Counted from the stretch's first letter, positions 11,398-22,536 are shown. The stretch is 64,000 nucleotides of DNA from Minutocellus sp. GHC0000111 (GCA_977018835.1 OZ361259.1:310001-374000), one strand, 5' to 3'. Translations and numbers: made by a program. The notes: a model not told the origin generated them from the letters alone.

Positions 11398-12627
11398 ATG
11401 AAGCGCAGCGCTGATAATAGTGCTGGCCCGGCCCACAACGCAGATACGCGGTTGCGGAAACTCAAGACAGATAACTCCGGTCGCCCGATTTTGCCTGTTG
11501 ACAAGAAGAAAGAGAAGGCGGAGGACAAAGCGAAAGACGCCGTTACCGAGACACTGGAGGGCCTCGCCGTCACGTTGGAGAACGACCCGAACGGACAAGG
11601 ACGAGAATTATGGAACAATCCCGGCGTCGGCCATGCACTTCAACATCTTGTCAAAGCAGTCGAGGCTCGCGCTGATAAGTATCATGTTCGGGATGATATT
11701 GATGTCGCTGCTGAGCGGCCCGGCCTCGTAGTTACCAACCTGTCCGTGGCTGATGTGAAGTTGAGGCTGACGGTCGGCATCGTCGATCAATTGCAAGATC
11801 CCATGTTTGACGCCGGACCTGAATTCTTCCCTATATTTCAACTTCATGGGAAACGGATCGATATTGGATCGGCTCTTGCTGCGCACGGCCGACCTTTCAA
11901 CACCACATCGCTTACTTTGCTTGATGGAAGCGGAAAGCTTATCGTCGCTCGTGTTGCCCTGACAATTACCGAAAAGGCCCGAAGTCTACAACAGGGCCAT
12001 GTGATCAAATTGACAAAGTTCCACCGATGGCATGTGGCTCCATATGATGACATACACTCTACTGCTGGGATTGGACTAGTTGATTTTGATATTGTTGGAA
12101 TGGGCCAACTTCTGCAGGTAGATGGTGGGCCATCAGCAGCGATCAGATCGGACACGGATGCTCTTGTTGCGGCCGTTTGTGAGGAAGCCGACGATGATCC
12201 GACGGCAGCGCCGGAGGCAGACACATTCGGTAATTGGGACGAGACCAGAGAGAGGCCGCCAATACCCCCTGCTTGCTGCACTGCCGCCAACCGAAGCTGC
12301 TCAATGTACGGCACACTCTTCTTTCAGAAATGCGTCTGCGAAGAAATGCTGGTGCCGACGGAGGAGGACCTGGAGGATATCGCTGACAAATACTACGCAA
12401 CCACCATGCCAGTCGAAGCCATGGCAAATAATTTGAAGAGGAACATGCTGTATTGGTACTATGCAACTGAGGTGTATCATGTGAGAGGTTGGCTTGATCG
12501 GAAGCCCTTGCCAACCTGTCTAGTCTTTTGCATCAGGTTCATTTATCCAAATGATAAAGGTGAACGATATGTTGGATTCATCCCTGGTCATCAAGATGAA
12601 GAGGAAGAAGAAGAGGAAAATGCATAA
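11398..12627 (+). CDS. Transposon accessory protein: RPA70N-like OB fold plus C-terminal KolX/P2X7-C-terminal-like Cys-rich domain
   Basis: Intact 409-aa ORF inside the TIRs; LTVGIV...PIFQL...LTLLDG...LQQGHVIKLTKF...LVDFDIVG resembles the RPA1 N-terminal OB fold; CC-x6-C...CVC...KRNMLY...RKPLPTCLVFCIRFIYP resembles the P2X7 tail/KolX signature. Confidence 0.7.
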   Translation: MKRSADNSAGPAHNADTRLRKLKTDNSGRPILPVDKKKEKAEDKAKDAVTETLEGLAVTLENDPNGQGRELWNNPGVGHALQHLVKAVEARADKYHVRDDIDVAAERPGLVVTNLSVADVKLRLTVGIVDQLQDPMFDAGPEFFPIFQLHGKRIDIGSALAAHGRPFNTTSLTLLDGSGKLIVARVALTITEKARSLQQGHVIKLTKFHRWHVAPYDDIHSTAGIGLVDFDIVGMGQLLQVDGGPSAAIRSDTDALVAAVCEEADDDPTAAPEADTFGNWDETRERPPIPPACCTAANRSCSMYGTLFFQKCVCEEMLVPTEEDLEDIADKYYATTMPVEAMANNLKRNMLYWYYATEVYHVRGWLDRKPLPTCLVFCIRFIYPNDKGERYVGFIPGHQDEEEEEEENA

Positions 12628-12731
12628 TCATTACCTCAACACATGTAGATAACAAGAATGTGCGTAGCACGTGAGTAACAGCACACAATAAATCCATTTT
12701 TATTTACAGTGATAAAATATTTTACACGTGT

Positions 12732-15046
12732 TTACAAGCTGCCATTTTCTCTCAGTATCGCCGGCATCCAAGAGCTAACATCATTTGCCGATACACCGAA
12801 GTTTGTCTTAGCTTTCTTATTATTTCTTGCAGATTTCTTGTTGCTGCCTGGGCTTCTGCGCTTCTTTCCGGCGTAAACGACAACGTCGTCAGCATCGTCG
12901 CATTGACATTCAGCCCGAGTGTGGCCAAGCTGCTTGCATTTCTGACACTGCTGGTCAATCTTCTTCTTGCGGCCAGGCTTTGCTGGTTTCGCCTTACCAG
13001 CAGCTAGGGCCCTGTTCTTCTTGTACACATAGTCCTTGTCGTCTTTCTCGCTTCTGTTTCGCAAGGCTGCTCGAAGGCGCTTGCTGTCGCTCTTGCTCTT
13101 TTTGTACTCATCGGTGCGCTTACGCGCAAGGTCGCCCTCGAGCTTCCGGTCAATTGCATCGAATCCATCTTTTCGGGTAGGAGAATCCCTCGATCCCAAC
13201 TTTCCAAGAACTCGCTCATTGAATTCCGTACCCAGTGACTTGTGGCCAGCGGCTCTACTTGTTGCATTTGGGTAGGCGTCTGAAGCAGTCAAATTCGGCC
13301 TTTTCCCCATCGTGAACTTCGTCACCATCCCGTTGAGCTGTTCGACGCCGGTGGTAGATTCCTTCTTGCAGTTGGAGTCGGCAGTATTCTTGTTGATTCT
13401 CTTGGTTATTTCAAGCGTCATCTTGCGAATCGTGTCGTCACTAATCTCCAATATGTCGCCATCGAATTGATTCCCCGAGCTCCATTCCTCATCGAGCTTG
13501 CCATCACTCCAATCAGGATGAGCAATGCTGAGGTGAATCCAATCACACGTGTTGGTGGTGCAAAAAGTGTGAATGCCACATTGGTGACGAACGACGGACT
13601 GGAGTTCTTTCTGAAGGAGGGCCAGATGACTTTGTTTTTCCTCCTCGGACACAGCACCATCGGGCTGATCGAGAACGCTGTGCTTGTACCGATCAGTAAT
13701 CTTCGAAATGTCCTGTTTCATCCGATTGATGCGTGGTCGGGGGATGGCATTAAAATTTTCAACTCCCAACATTCTCGGCCAGATGCTCCTCTGCCACACC
13801 GGGGGAGTAGGAAGAGTTGCGATAGCAGAAGCCATCATGGTCGTACAGGGCCAGTGTCTCATCCTTGCTCATGTTTTTGAGCTCAACTCGGCGTTATTGG
13901 ATTGCCGGCTTCCCGCCTCTCCCTCAATCTTGCATTGCAGGCTCTCACGCAACAGTGGCAGCTTGCCTGAGAGATTCCCTTGTCAACAACAAGGCCAGTT
14001 TCCTTGTCTACGGCAAATACCGCTGCAGCAGAGCCAGTGTAGCAATGGCCGTAGTCGCGTTTGAGGGCGCTGCCGTCTTGGGCCACCGTAACCACCGCCG
14101 CCGTGTGCATCTCGCCGCCTTGTTCAAACTCAACAGTCTTGCTGCTAGCGGCATGTGCTTTTGCCCTATTCTCGTCAATGATTTCATCAGCTGCTTCAAT
14201 AGCCGCTGCTCTGCATTTCTTTTCCACCTGTCGGGCATTCTTTTCGGTCGGATGGACGATGTCGGCCTTCGTGCAGAAATTCATGAAGCGACTTGCGCAC
14301 ATGGCCTCATCTTCCGCTGCCTCCATCAGCTCCAAGTTCATTCCAGCCTGACTTCTAGAATGCTTTCTGCCGGGGCACACAACTTCTGACCTCTGGCCGA
14401 TCCCAGTGCAAAAAGAAAAAGGTTGGTTGCATCTATCGCATCGCCATTCAAATGTAACGCCGAATCCACGCCGAACTGGCTCGGCCGAGAGATGCAGATT
14501 GCCGCACGATCGGTGGAGATTCTGTGCGAAATCACACAGCTGCTTCATCTCAACCACAATTCTTTTGCCGTTGAGCTGCACGCCGGTGATGTTGGGACGA
14601 TCGGTAGCGTTGGCGGTGGGAGTAGATGACCGACCGCCCGAAGAATTCTTGTCGGAACAATGTTTCAGTGTCGCGTTGAGATGGGGCCCATGCTTTTCAT
14701 CGTCCTGGAAGTAATTTTCAGGTGTGGTCGGCAGTGATCGCTTGCCATTGCGTTGAGAGCGTGGGCTGGCGTTATCGGCTATTCTGGAGAAGCGGTAGAA
14801 GGGCTTTGCAACGTCAAGGCCTGACATTTTCTCTGGACGTCGTCGTTGGATGTTGACCTCGTGTCGTGTTGGGACGTGTTGAAGAGATGATCGAACAAGA
14901 GAGATCTCTAAGCTCGGCGATGCGCCACCGCGCATCAAGATACGGTCAAGCTCATCAATAGTGTAGTAAGTACATCTGACGTCGTCTGGGAATGAGAGCA
15001 AGAGTGAGAGGATTGCCTCCTTGGCGTTAGCACGTGATGTTTCCAT
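12732..15046 (-). pseudogene. Kolobok/Mutator-like DDE transposase, frameshifted and internally deleted
   Basis: CG...RGFGVTFEWRCDRC; VTVAQDGSALKR (first Asp); DKETGLVVD...CHCC; short third-frame piece HDGFCYRNSSYSPGVAEEH (~13887-13762); HQCGIHTFC; TTGVEQLNG (catalytic Glu); C-terminal CxxCxxxGHxxxxC knuckle; no second-Asp (DGD-like)/CxxH segment found. Confidence 0.8.
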
Positions 15047-15518
15047 GGTTGTTTTTTTGTTTTGTGTCGGTTCTGGCGCAAGATGCGCTTTTTGATGAGA
15101 ACCTTACAAAAAGAACCCCAAATGAGGGAGACGTGCAAAAATACCCCAAACAAATATCCCCTTACCTCCCAACAGCAAAACTTCAAGATGTCTTCCCACC
15201 AGCACCACCAATGCTGGTTATGCGTCGGCCGAGACTAATTTCGGTTGATCCGACGATGATGTGTACGTCGACCATTATTATGTTTCTGAGGGAGAGTTGA
15301 TTCATCGAAGTTCCTCTGAACCAAGTGTTCCTGGAGGGATTTCCGACTTAATGCTGAAAGGAACGTCGATGACTCTTCGCCACTGTGGAGAGCGGCGGCC
15401 TTCGATGAGGAGCCCATCCTCACGTTGGAGTGCTAACTTTGGCCATGGTGCGAAGAAAAAACAGCACAAAACACGCATTTTGGGGGCTTCCTAAAAGTTA
15501 TGGACAGCGCCCTCTTAA

Positions 15519-16742
15519 AACATAAGTTAGCAACTGGAGGAAGGTTGTGTTCTATCTGTTCCTGACCGTTTTGCACCGCACTGAAGTGAGATAGCAAGGT
15601 CGGCATGAGCATCTCAACCTTAATGCCTCTAAGCATGTACTTGTTCATTCGGCTTACGGATCTCTGTATCAGAACGAACATGAATTTGTGCCTAATGAGT
15701 TGAGATGCTTTCAGTGAGATCCAGGATTTACAAGTAAGTTCCAGAGATGAACCAATTTTGCTGTTGTCCGTTCCAAAATGAAATCCTTGGTTCAACAAGT
15801 ATTGAAGAAACTTGATTGGTTCTCCATTAGAACAAAACCTTTTCTCCAGATGAAGCAAACGGTGACAGGTGGACAGAGCGTTGAAATCACCCTAAAAAAA
15901 TTGGCTCAGTTCCCCACACAGTGACGTGTAATTCTTGTGCTTGGAACATGTTGGTCTCCTGATCTTTTGAATGAATTCCTAGCATCAGGTATTTCAAACT
16001 TTAACCCATCACAAGATGCCATGCAAATGCTAAGATCAAACTGCTCGATGAGAAAAGACGGTGATGAGTCACTCTCGGCCACGACCAGATCAGCAATGTT
16101 GCGTTCTTCTTGTCCGAGAACAAATCTGGGACGGGATCTATTTCAGGCATGGACTTTTCATCGGCGGGTCCATCACACATCAAAACATAGTTTAGGCGAC
16201 TTCCTGGTGAAGCTGAAATGTCGACATTTTCACCAAGATGTCGAATGGTGGCTCTTTCTGCACGAACCACCTTTCTCCATCGTTGTTTGACAGATGTGTC
16301 CCCCCCATTGCTAAGAGACACCGAGGCACACGGGTTCCCTGTGTTGCGAGGAAACTCTGCTATGTCCTTCTTCTACTTGCTCCATGCCATTCGATAATCG
16401 GAGAAAATCTTGGAGGTTTTCATCACCATAATATCTATCTTTTATCCGAGAGAGAGAACAAGATCTGGTCCGTTTGCATCACAGAGCCATCCTCGAACAA
16501 AAGGTGCTGAAGACTTTGAAGAGAACATGTCTACATCAGTTTGTTCTCCAAACGTCCTCCCGAGAATCGCCTGAACGACTATGGACCCTGACAGCTTCAC
16601 TGACCCTCTCATTACTTTTGACGACATGTCTTCAAATGACTTGACAGTGAAACCAGAGCGATTCTTTTTCAATGCGTAGTCAGTCAAGGGGGAAGAACGC
16701 AAACTAGAGCGCAGCAAAAACTTGGCAATTGACAACTTAACC
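15519..16742 (-). pseudogene. Decayed Pol-beta-superfamily nucleotidyltransferase-like ORF (its 3' end continues at 11269-11023, beyond the Kolobok)
   Basis: Fragments in several frames: LSGSIVVQAILG...TDVDMF (GS...DxD), IADLVV...FDLSICMASCDG, RMNKYMLRGI; removing 11274-15518 fuses ...VANLCF-NALHLAF... in frame. Confidence 0.55.
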
Positions 16743-17203
16743 TGACGAAGAAAAGACGCATCATAAATGACAAAGGTTTCGTCAAAAGAATCATGTTTAT
16801 TACAAATTGTCTCACAAATTACCTTTTTTGGCTGTCGTTTTACTGGCAGGTTTTACAATTGTGTTAACAATTAACCCGACAGTAAAATAAGAGAAAAACA
16901 CATGACGCCGTCCCTTCCGTTCCCTTGTCTTCCCCTTTCTCCTCGAGCCCCCCCCCCCCTGGGATCAGTGAGCATTTATGCAGGCGAAACACTACAAACA
17001 TTCATAGAAGGCACTAACTATGCAGGCATGTAAGTCAGCAGGAGAAGAGTGCTGAAGGTGTGAAGTTGTATTACATCATTAACGAGGTTAGCACGCGCGT
17101 GGCAACACATGCACTTTCGACGGGAGCATCGATCTGGCTGCATGCTGTTGCCACCAGACCAGAGAGGTCTTTGGGTTCCAGCAAAAAGGTCAGGGGAAGC
17201 AAG

Positions 17204-18742
17204 ATGAGGCCAGGCCACGGGGGCCGCCTCATCCTCCGCCACAACAAGGGCGCACGTCCACCTCCATCACTGCGCGCCCCAAAAGCCTGGAAAGCAGTGG
17301 CAGCTGCGGCGATTGCTGTTCTTGTTTTGACACCATATCTCCTTTTTGTGCGCATAGGCCTGCTAGTAGCGGATGAGACTTTACCAGAGACTTCCATCAA
17401 TGATGTCTGCCGCGTTGCCAATGCGATGCAAGAACACCCTCTTCAGTTCGCCTCATACACGGCCAAGGGAGCGCACGATCCCATCGGGTGGCCGGAGCAT
17501 ATTCCTCACGTCTCCTCGTTGATATGTGATCGAATGCAGGGCGGTAGTAGTACTGACAAAATGAAGCGGGAAATCATCACCTCCTCGGGCACACCGGTTC
17601 GGTCCATCTTTTCATTCAAATCAGCCCGGAGTGGATCGACGTTCTTCACTTCAGTCGTTACAGATGTATTGAAAAATGCGGGTCGGCCAACGAAGAAGTA
17701 TTGGGAACCAAGCTTTTGCTCCAGCCTGCACAAGCACAGCTATGGCATATACAGGGAGGCGTCGTATCAGGCCGAATCGCTTCGGAAAATGTTGACGAGC
17801 AACTGCACAATCGATGCTGACTTTGGGTGCCGACCAGCCGGAATTTGCCAAGAAGAAGAAGAAGAAACGACCAAATCGCGAGCAGAGAGAGGGAGAGAGC
17901 CTGCCTACATTGTGGCGCTGAATCCACGATTTCTCAATCAGAGCATTGATTGGGTGGAGGCATTGGGTGGGATGGGAGATGCTCTGCGAATATTTTCTCT
18001 TCGGAGAACCAATCTAATCCTCATGGCATACAGCAAATTCCATCATGGTGTGTGCAAGGTGGGGAAACAATTCCAAAGAAATTGGTACGAAAGTAAAGGC
18101 GGCAATGGGGCAATGTTAGATGAGGATGAATTGCAGGAGCATCGCACGGGCGGTAAAAGACAATTCAGTTTTGCAACAATGCTTAAGTGCATTCACCACT
18201 GCGCGATAGGCGACCAAGAACTATCCATTTCAACTGCTTTTACTGCGGCAGCTGCGGCAAAATCCAGCCTCGACCCATACATCATCCTCTACGAGGATGT
18301 TTTGGCAAGTGGTTCGATTGTGCAAGACGGCATGCTCCGTCATCTTGGTCTTCTTCATGATGATCGTATGGGGAGTGATGCTTTACGAGATGGACAAGCT
18401 GGCGATGGAAACATTTTCCAAAACAATAGGACAGCAACGACCAAAATTCACTCAGACTCGCTTTGCAGCTATGGTGACGTCGACTGTTCAGAATTGGAAG
18501 TGGGGCTCAAAGCATCGAGGCCAGATGGATCAATGATGTATCCCTGCCTTTGGAAGCAGTACATCCGCGCTGACGAGGGGCTAACATGGAGTATGCCTCT
18601 TCTTCGGAATGGTTTGGTGAGCCTCGAAGGTGACTGCTTTCCGCTGGTTGCATTGGACGCAGGTAATGACGAAACATCAGGGAAGAGTGCCGGTACAAAG
18701 AGAAGAGCCCGGGCTGTTCAGGAGTTGCATCGATTTTCTTGA
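17204..18742 (+). CDS. Sulfotransferase-like (P-loop, Stf0-type) type II membrane protein
   Basis: N-terminal TM; PAPS-binding-like KSARSGSTFF, LRRTNLILMAYS and ILYEDV motifs. Confidence 0.65.
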   Translation: MRPGHGGRLILRHNKGARPPPSLRAPKAWKAVAAAAIAVLVLTPYLLFVRIGLLVADETLPETSINDVCRVANAMQEHPLQFASYTAKGAHDPIGWPEHIPHVSSLICDRMQGGSSTDKMKREIITSSGTPVRSIFSFKSARSGSTFFTSVVTDVLKNAGRPTKKYWEPSFCSSLHKHSYGIYREASYQAESLRKMLTSNCTIDADFGCRPAGICQEEEEETTKSRAERGREPAYIVALNPRFLNQSIDWVEALGGMGDALRIFSLRRTNLILMAYSKFHHGVCKVGKQFQRNWYESKGGNGAMLDEDELQEHRTGGKRQFSFATMLKCIHHCAIGDQELSISTAFTAAAAAKSSLDPYIILYEDVLASGSIVQDGMLRHLGLLHDDRMGSDALRDGQAGDGNIFQNNRTATTKIHSDSLCSYGDVDCSELEVGLKASRPDGSMMYPCLWKQYIRADEGLTWSMPLLRNGLVSLEGDCFPLVALDAGNDETSGKSAGTKRRARAVQELHRFS

Positions 18743-19192
18743 TTTATTTGGTGGCGTTTCCGGTACTGCTGGTACATGTAAATTGGTCTAACTACGTACC
18801 GGTAGCTACGTAGCCACATGTTACTCTATTACGCAGTCGGTCTAAACTAGCTACGTAGCACGTCAGTAGATCCAGTCTACCGTCTACGGTACTGGCAGTT
18901 CGCTCCACTTGCTTTTCCGGCTCAGTCCTTCTTGCTCCGTTCAGACGCAAGTCAGAAATCGATGACGATTTATGCTCCCAATTCCCACTCTCTACCACCA
19001 CCGCCATGGCCACAAATTATTCATTGCCTGTTGCGGCCTCGATCGCGTATCGTTGCATACGCGTCATACACGCATACTAGCTAGTACCTTGCAACCGCTG
19101 CCTGACTTCACGGCGAAGGAGCGGGTCTTCCCAAAGTGTAGTTCCAACGAGAAGCAATTGATCATTTGCTTAACTGGGAAAGAGGGCAAAAG

Positions 19193-20482
19193 ATGACAGC
19201 AATGCCAATCATATCAATGACTTTGGCGACTTTGTGCTTGGCCGGTACCGTAAATTTGATAAATGGGTTTGCCGGCATCAGCCCTTTGCCTTCGCCACCC
19301 ACTGCATTCCCTCGCAAGAGTGCGGCTGCATTCATGAGCAGCGAAGAATTTTATGGCAAAAAGGCTGAGACCAGCGCGTCTACTACTAGCGACGGAGACT
19401 TTACACAACCAGTCCGAGGCCGGAAGCGACGCGCTCTCCGTCGTGCTGTGCAAAAAGTATTCGATACGGCCCTCCTAATTGACGACGACGATGAATCCCC
19501 AAACGGAGATGGGCAGTACATGACAGATAAGGAGAAGACCGATGCGGTGTTTGATCGATTGGACACCGATGGTGACGGCACCTTGTCAAGGACTGAGCTT
19601 TCCAGCTATGGTCTTCAGTTAGGGTCTCTAAATGCCTTGGATGCCAATCGAGACGGGACCATTGATCGGCTAGAATTCGAACGCGCCGTGGAGATGCTTC
19701 AGGGTCGGATCAATACAAGTGGTCAGAAGGTTAGCGACACAGATGAACTCGTGGAGGAGCTCGAGGAGACGCTTGGCGATTTAGAACCGCTCGAACGGCA
19801 GGAGCTACGACTCGGTGGCTTTGAGCCCTACATTCTGGTCTCCGTTCTAACCGCCCAGGCCCCATTCGAGGAGATTTCCGACGTTGAAATCTCATGGGAT
19901 AAGCTCTTCAAGACCTCGTCCTTGTTGGATTTTTCCGGAGAGAGCTGGTACAGCATCGGCATCTTGCTTTCAGCGGCAGGTGCTACCATTACCGGCACCG
20001 TGGTATTCTCCCTTACCATCCTCTATGGCAAGACAGCATTGGGGATGGATCGCGACGACGACTATTATTCTTTCATGGATGGCACCGGTCTTCAGCGCTT
20101 TCGTGCCTTCCAAGCCTTCACCTATTCGCTCTTTCTCTTCAGCATTTCCGTCTTACTTGAGGTAACCATGCGATGCCCTGAAATCGCACGTCTCCCCGTC
20201 GCAGCAGCATCGGCAGCTTTCCTCTACTTTGGCAAAACGGAATACGATGCTATTATGAAGGCTGCAGCCCCAATGTTCGCTCCCAAACAGGCAGCCGCTC
20301 CAAAGAAAGAGGAGAGTCTGGAGGAGGAATCTACCAATGGCTCGAGGGTTGAAGCAAATGTAAGCGATGCAGTTAATGACGAAGAAGAAAGAATTGATGA
20401 GTGCTACCTAGAGGACTACGATCCAGCAACTGGGCAATGCAAGACAAAAGAGGAAAAGATTGCCGAGAAAGATAAGAGTTGA
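19193..20482 (+). CDS. EF-hand membrane protein with probable plastid-targeting presequence
   Basis: Signal peptide ending ING-FA; EF hands DTDGDGTLSRTE and DANRDGTIDRLE; C-terminal TM helices (VFSLTILYGKTALG). Confidence 0.75.
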   Translation: MTAMPIISMTLATLCLAGTVNLINGFAGISPLPSPPTAFPRKSAAAFMSSEEFYGKKAETSASTTSDGDFTQPVRGRKRRALRRAVQKVFDTALLIDDDDESPNGDGQYMTDKEKTDAVFDRLDTDGDGTLSRTELSSYGLQLGSLNALDANRDGTIDRLEFERAVEMLQGRINTSGQKVSDTDELVEELEETLGDLEPLERQELRLGGFEPYILVSVLTAQAPFEEISDVEISWDKLFKTSSLLDFSGESWYSIGILLSAAGATITGTVVFSLTILYGKTALGMDRDDDYYSFMDGTGLQRFRAFQAFTYSLFLFSISVLLEVTMRCPEIARLPVAAASAAFLYFGKTEYDAIMKAAAPMFAPKQAAAPKKEESLEEESTNGSRVEANVSDAVNDEEERIDECYLEDYDPATGQCKTKEEKIAEKDKS

Positions 20483-20691
20483 AAAGGTGATAACAGAGGA
20501 TTTTCCTACATGTACAGAAAAAGAAATCGTACTTGTCGCTACAGTAGATACAATATCCATTTCTCAAGAGGTCTCTTCGATCATACCATAAAATACATTT
20601 TCAAAAGTCTACCTTACATTCTTTACACATCTATCTACCCAATTGTTTCTTTCTACGTACATCAAACCGCAATAATACTGAAGTCACACAA

Positions 20692-22273
20692 TCAGTCAAG
20701 CCTTGTCTCGCTCATCTTGCGTAAATCTCGACACATGTTTTTATGGTGACTTTCGTTCGTTCCACCACCAATCTCAAGCAACTTTGCATCTCTGAACATT
20801 CGTTCAACATTGTACTCACCAACGTAGCCGTAGCCACCCATGAGCTGGATGGCCCTATCGGCGATAGTTTTGGCCATTGGGGCGCAATACAGCTTGACTC
20901 CATCGGCATCAAGACCGTTTCCATACGTCATCAAATCAAGGCCATTGCACAAACCATACACGTAGCATCGTCCCGCCATGTATTCGGCATAACTCTCGGC
21001 AACATGGCGCTGCATCTGTCCAAAGCTGTACAAATCCTTGCCAAATGCCTTCCGCTCAGCTGCGTATCGTTTCATGTCATCGATGCATCTGCGGGCAATG
21101 CCCAATGCCATTGCCGCGAGGGCTATGCGCTCAATCTCCAGATTCCTCATCATGCATAACGTTGCGCCATGGATCTCTCCCACAACATTATCTGATGGTA
21201 CGAGGACATTGTCAAATACCAGCTCTGCCGTCATACTGGCACGCATCCCGAGCTTATCTTCAATCTTCTGTCCGAGACTGAAACCTTCCATCCCCTTCTC
21301 GACGACGAATTGAGTAATGTCACCTCGGCCCTCTCCGGTTCGAGCGTATACCAGGAACACGTCACCTGTTTCCCTCCCATTCAGTGTTCCATTGGTGATC
21401 CACATTTTGGCTCCATTCAAAATATAACCACCGGCCTCCTCGTCGAGTTTGGCGGTGGTTTTCATTCCCAATACATCCGTACCAGCCGCAGGTTCACTCA
21501 TACACATGCCACAAATTTTGGTTCCATCACAAGCACTAGGGAGGAATCTGGCGCGCTGCTCATCTGACCCATTGACGGCCAAATTGTTGACAAATAAGAC
21601 GGAGTGGGCCAAGTAGGACAGGCAGAAGGCGGGGTCGCTGTACGATAATTCCTCATGGACGAGGGCACAGGCGGTGGCATCGAATCCCGTGCCGCCAGAG
21701 TCGTCTGGCGCGGTGAGGCCGAGTATACCCAGCCCCTCGGGATCGGCAGTGCCAAGCTTGCGGAATAGTGGAATGTTGAACTCTTCCCGCTTATTATACT
21801 CGATTGCCTGTGGTTCCACCTGTACGCGTGGAAGTGTTTGATGAGGAAATAACACATAGAAGAAAAATGACATTGCAACAAGGGCGAATGAGAATTGTTT
21901 TTGACAGCATGAAAAAAGAATTATGTGTGATTTTCCCACATTGTTGGTGCAACAAGAGCGATAAAGGTGCATCATATCTTTCCTCGTTATTGCAGAAAAG
22001 GTCCCTCGACCATTCCGAGGTCAACATTCTTCTTATTCTGTGCATTCATGAGAATTCTGATGCTTGACATCAAATGATTATTCTGCTTCATGAGTGCAGA
22101 ATAAATCGACGACACACCTCCTTTTCCACGAACGATCGCAGCATCGATCGAAGGGCGGTGTGCTCCTCCGTGGGATTGAACAAAGATGAGAGAGAAGACG
22201 ACGAGTGGGCCCTCCCTGCCATGGTTGGCGCCTGGCGCCCCAGAAGGCGGCGGCTACCTGAGATGACGAGCAT
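20692..22273 (-). CDS. IVD: Isovaleryl-CoA dehydrogenase, mitochondrial; exons 22273-22118 and 21819-20692
   Basis: MSEPAAGTD, LNGAKMWITNG, KLGMRAS and RDAKLLEIGGGT motifs; GT-AG intron 22117-21820 joins FVEKE-VEPQA. Confidence 0.9.
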
Positions 22274-22536
22274 GGTGCTGATGGGTCTGGATTTTTGTGC
22301 ATGCGATGAGAAATTTTCAGGTTTTAGTGGGTTTGGGAGCCCCCCAGAAATTTGAATTGTTTTGACTTACTCGACTCTAAAGAAGATGCCAAAAAATAAA
22401 TGGCCGGCTGGCTCGCGATGAACCGCCGTTGTTTCCTCTCGGCAAGATGGCCACATTTCCTTCGACCGCTTGTTGTGAGCCGTCTTCCGTCGTATCCCCC
22501 TTTTCTTTTCTCTCTACTACCAAAACCTATCCAACC

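Larger units (their letters stand above)
11274..15514. mobile_element. Kolobok-type DNA transposon, 4,241 bp
   Basis: TIRs GAGGGCGCTGTCCATAA (11274-11290) and TTATGGACAGCGCCCTC (15498-15514); TTAA on both sides (11270-11273, 15515-15518); 5'-GA...TC-3' ends; two convergent ORFs (transposase and KolX-like). Confidence 0.9.

Noticed and set aside
11274..15514. piggyBac assignment based on the TTAA TSD
   Set aside because: Ends are GA...TC rather than CC...GG, and the transposase and second-ORF motifs fit Kolobok.
19985..20005. Possible small in-frame deletion in the EF-hand membrane protein (TITG-TVVFSL)
   Set aside because: Suspected only from recollection of similar proteins; cannot be shown without an alignment.
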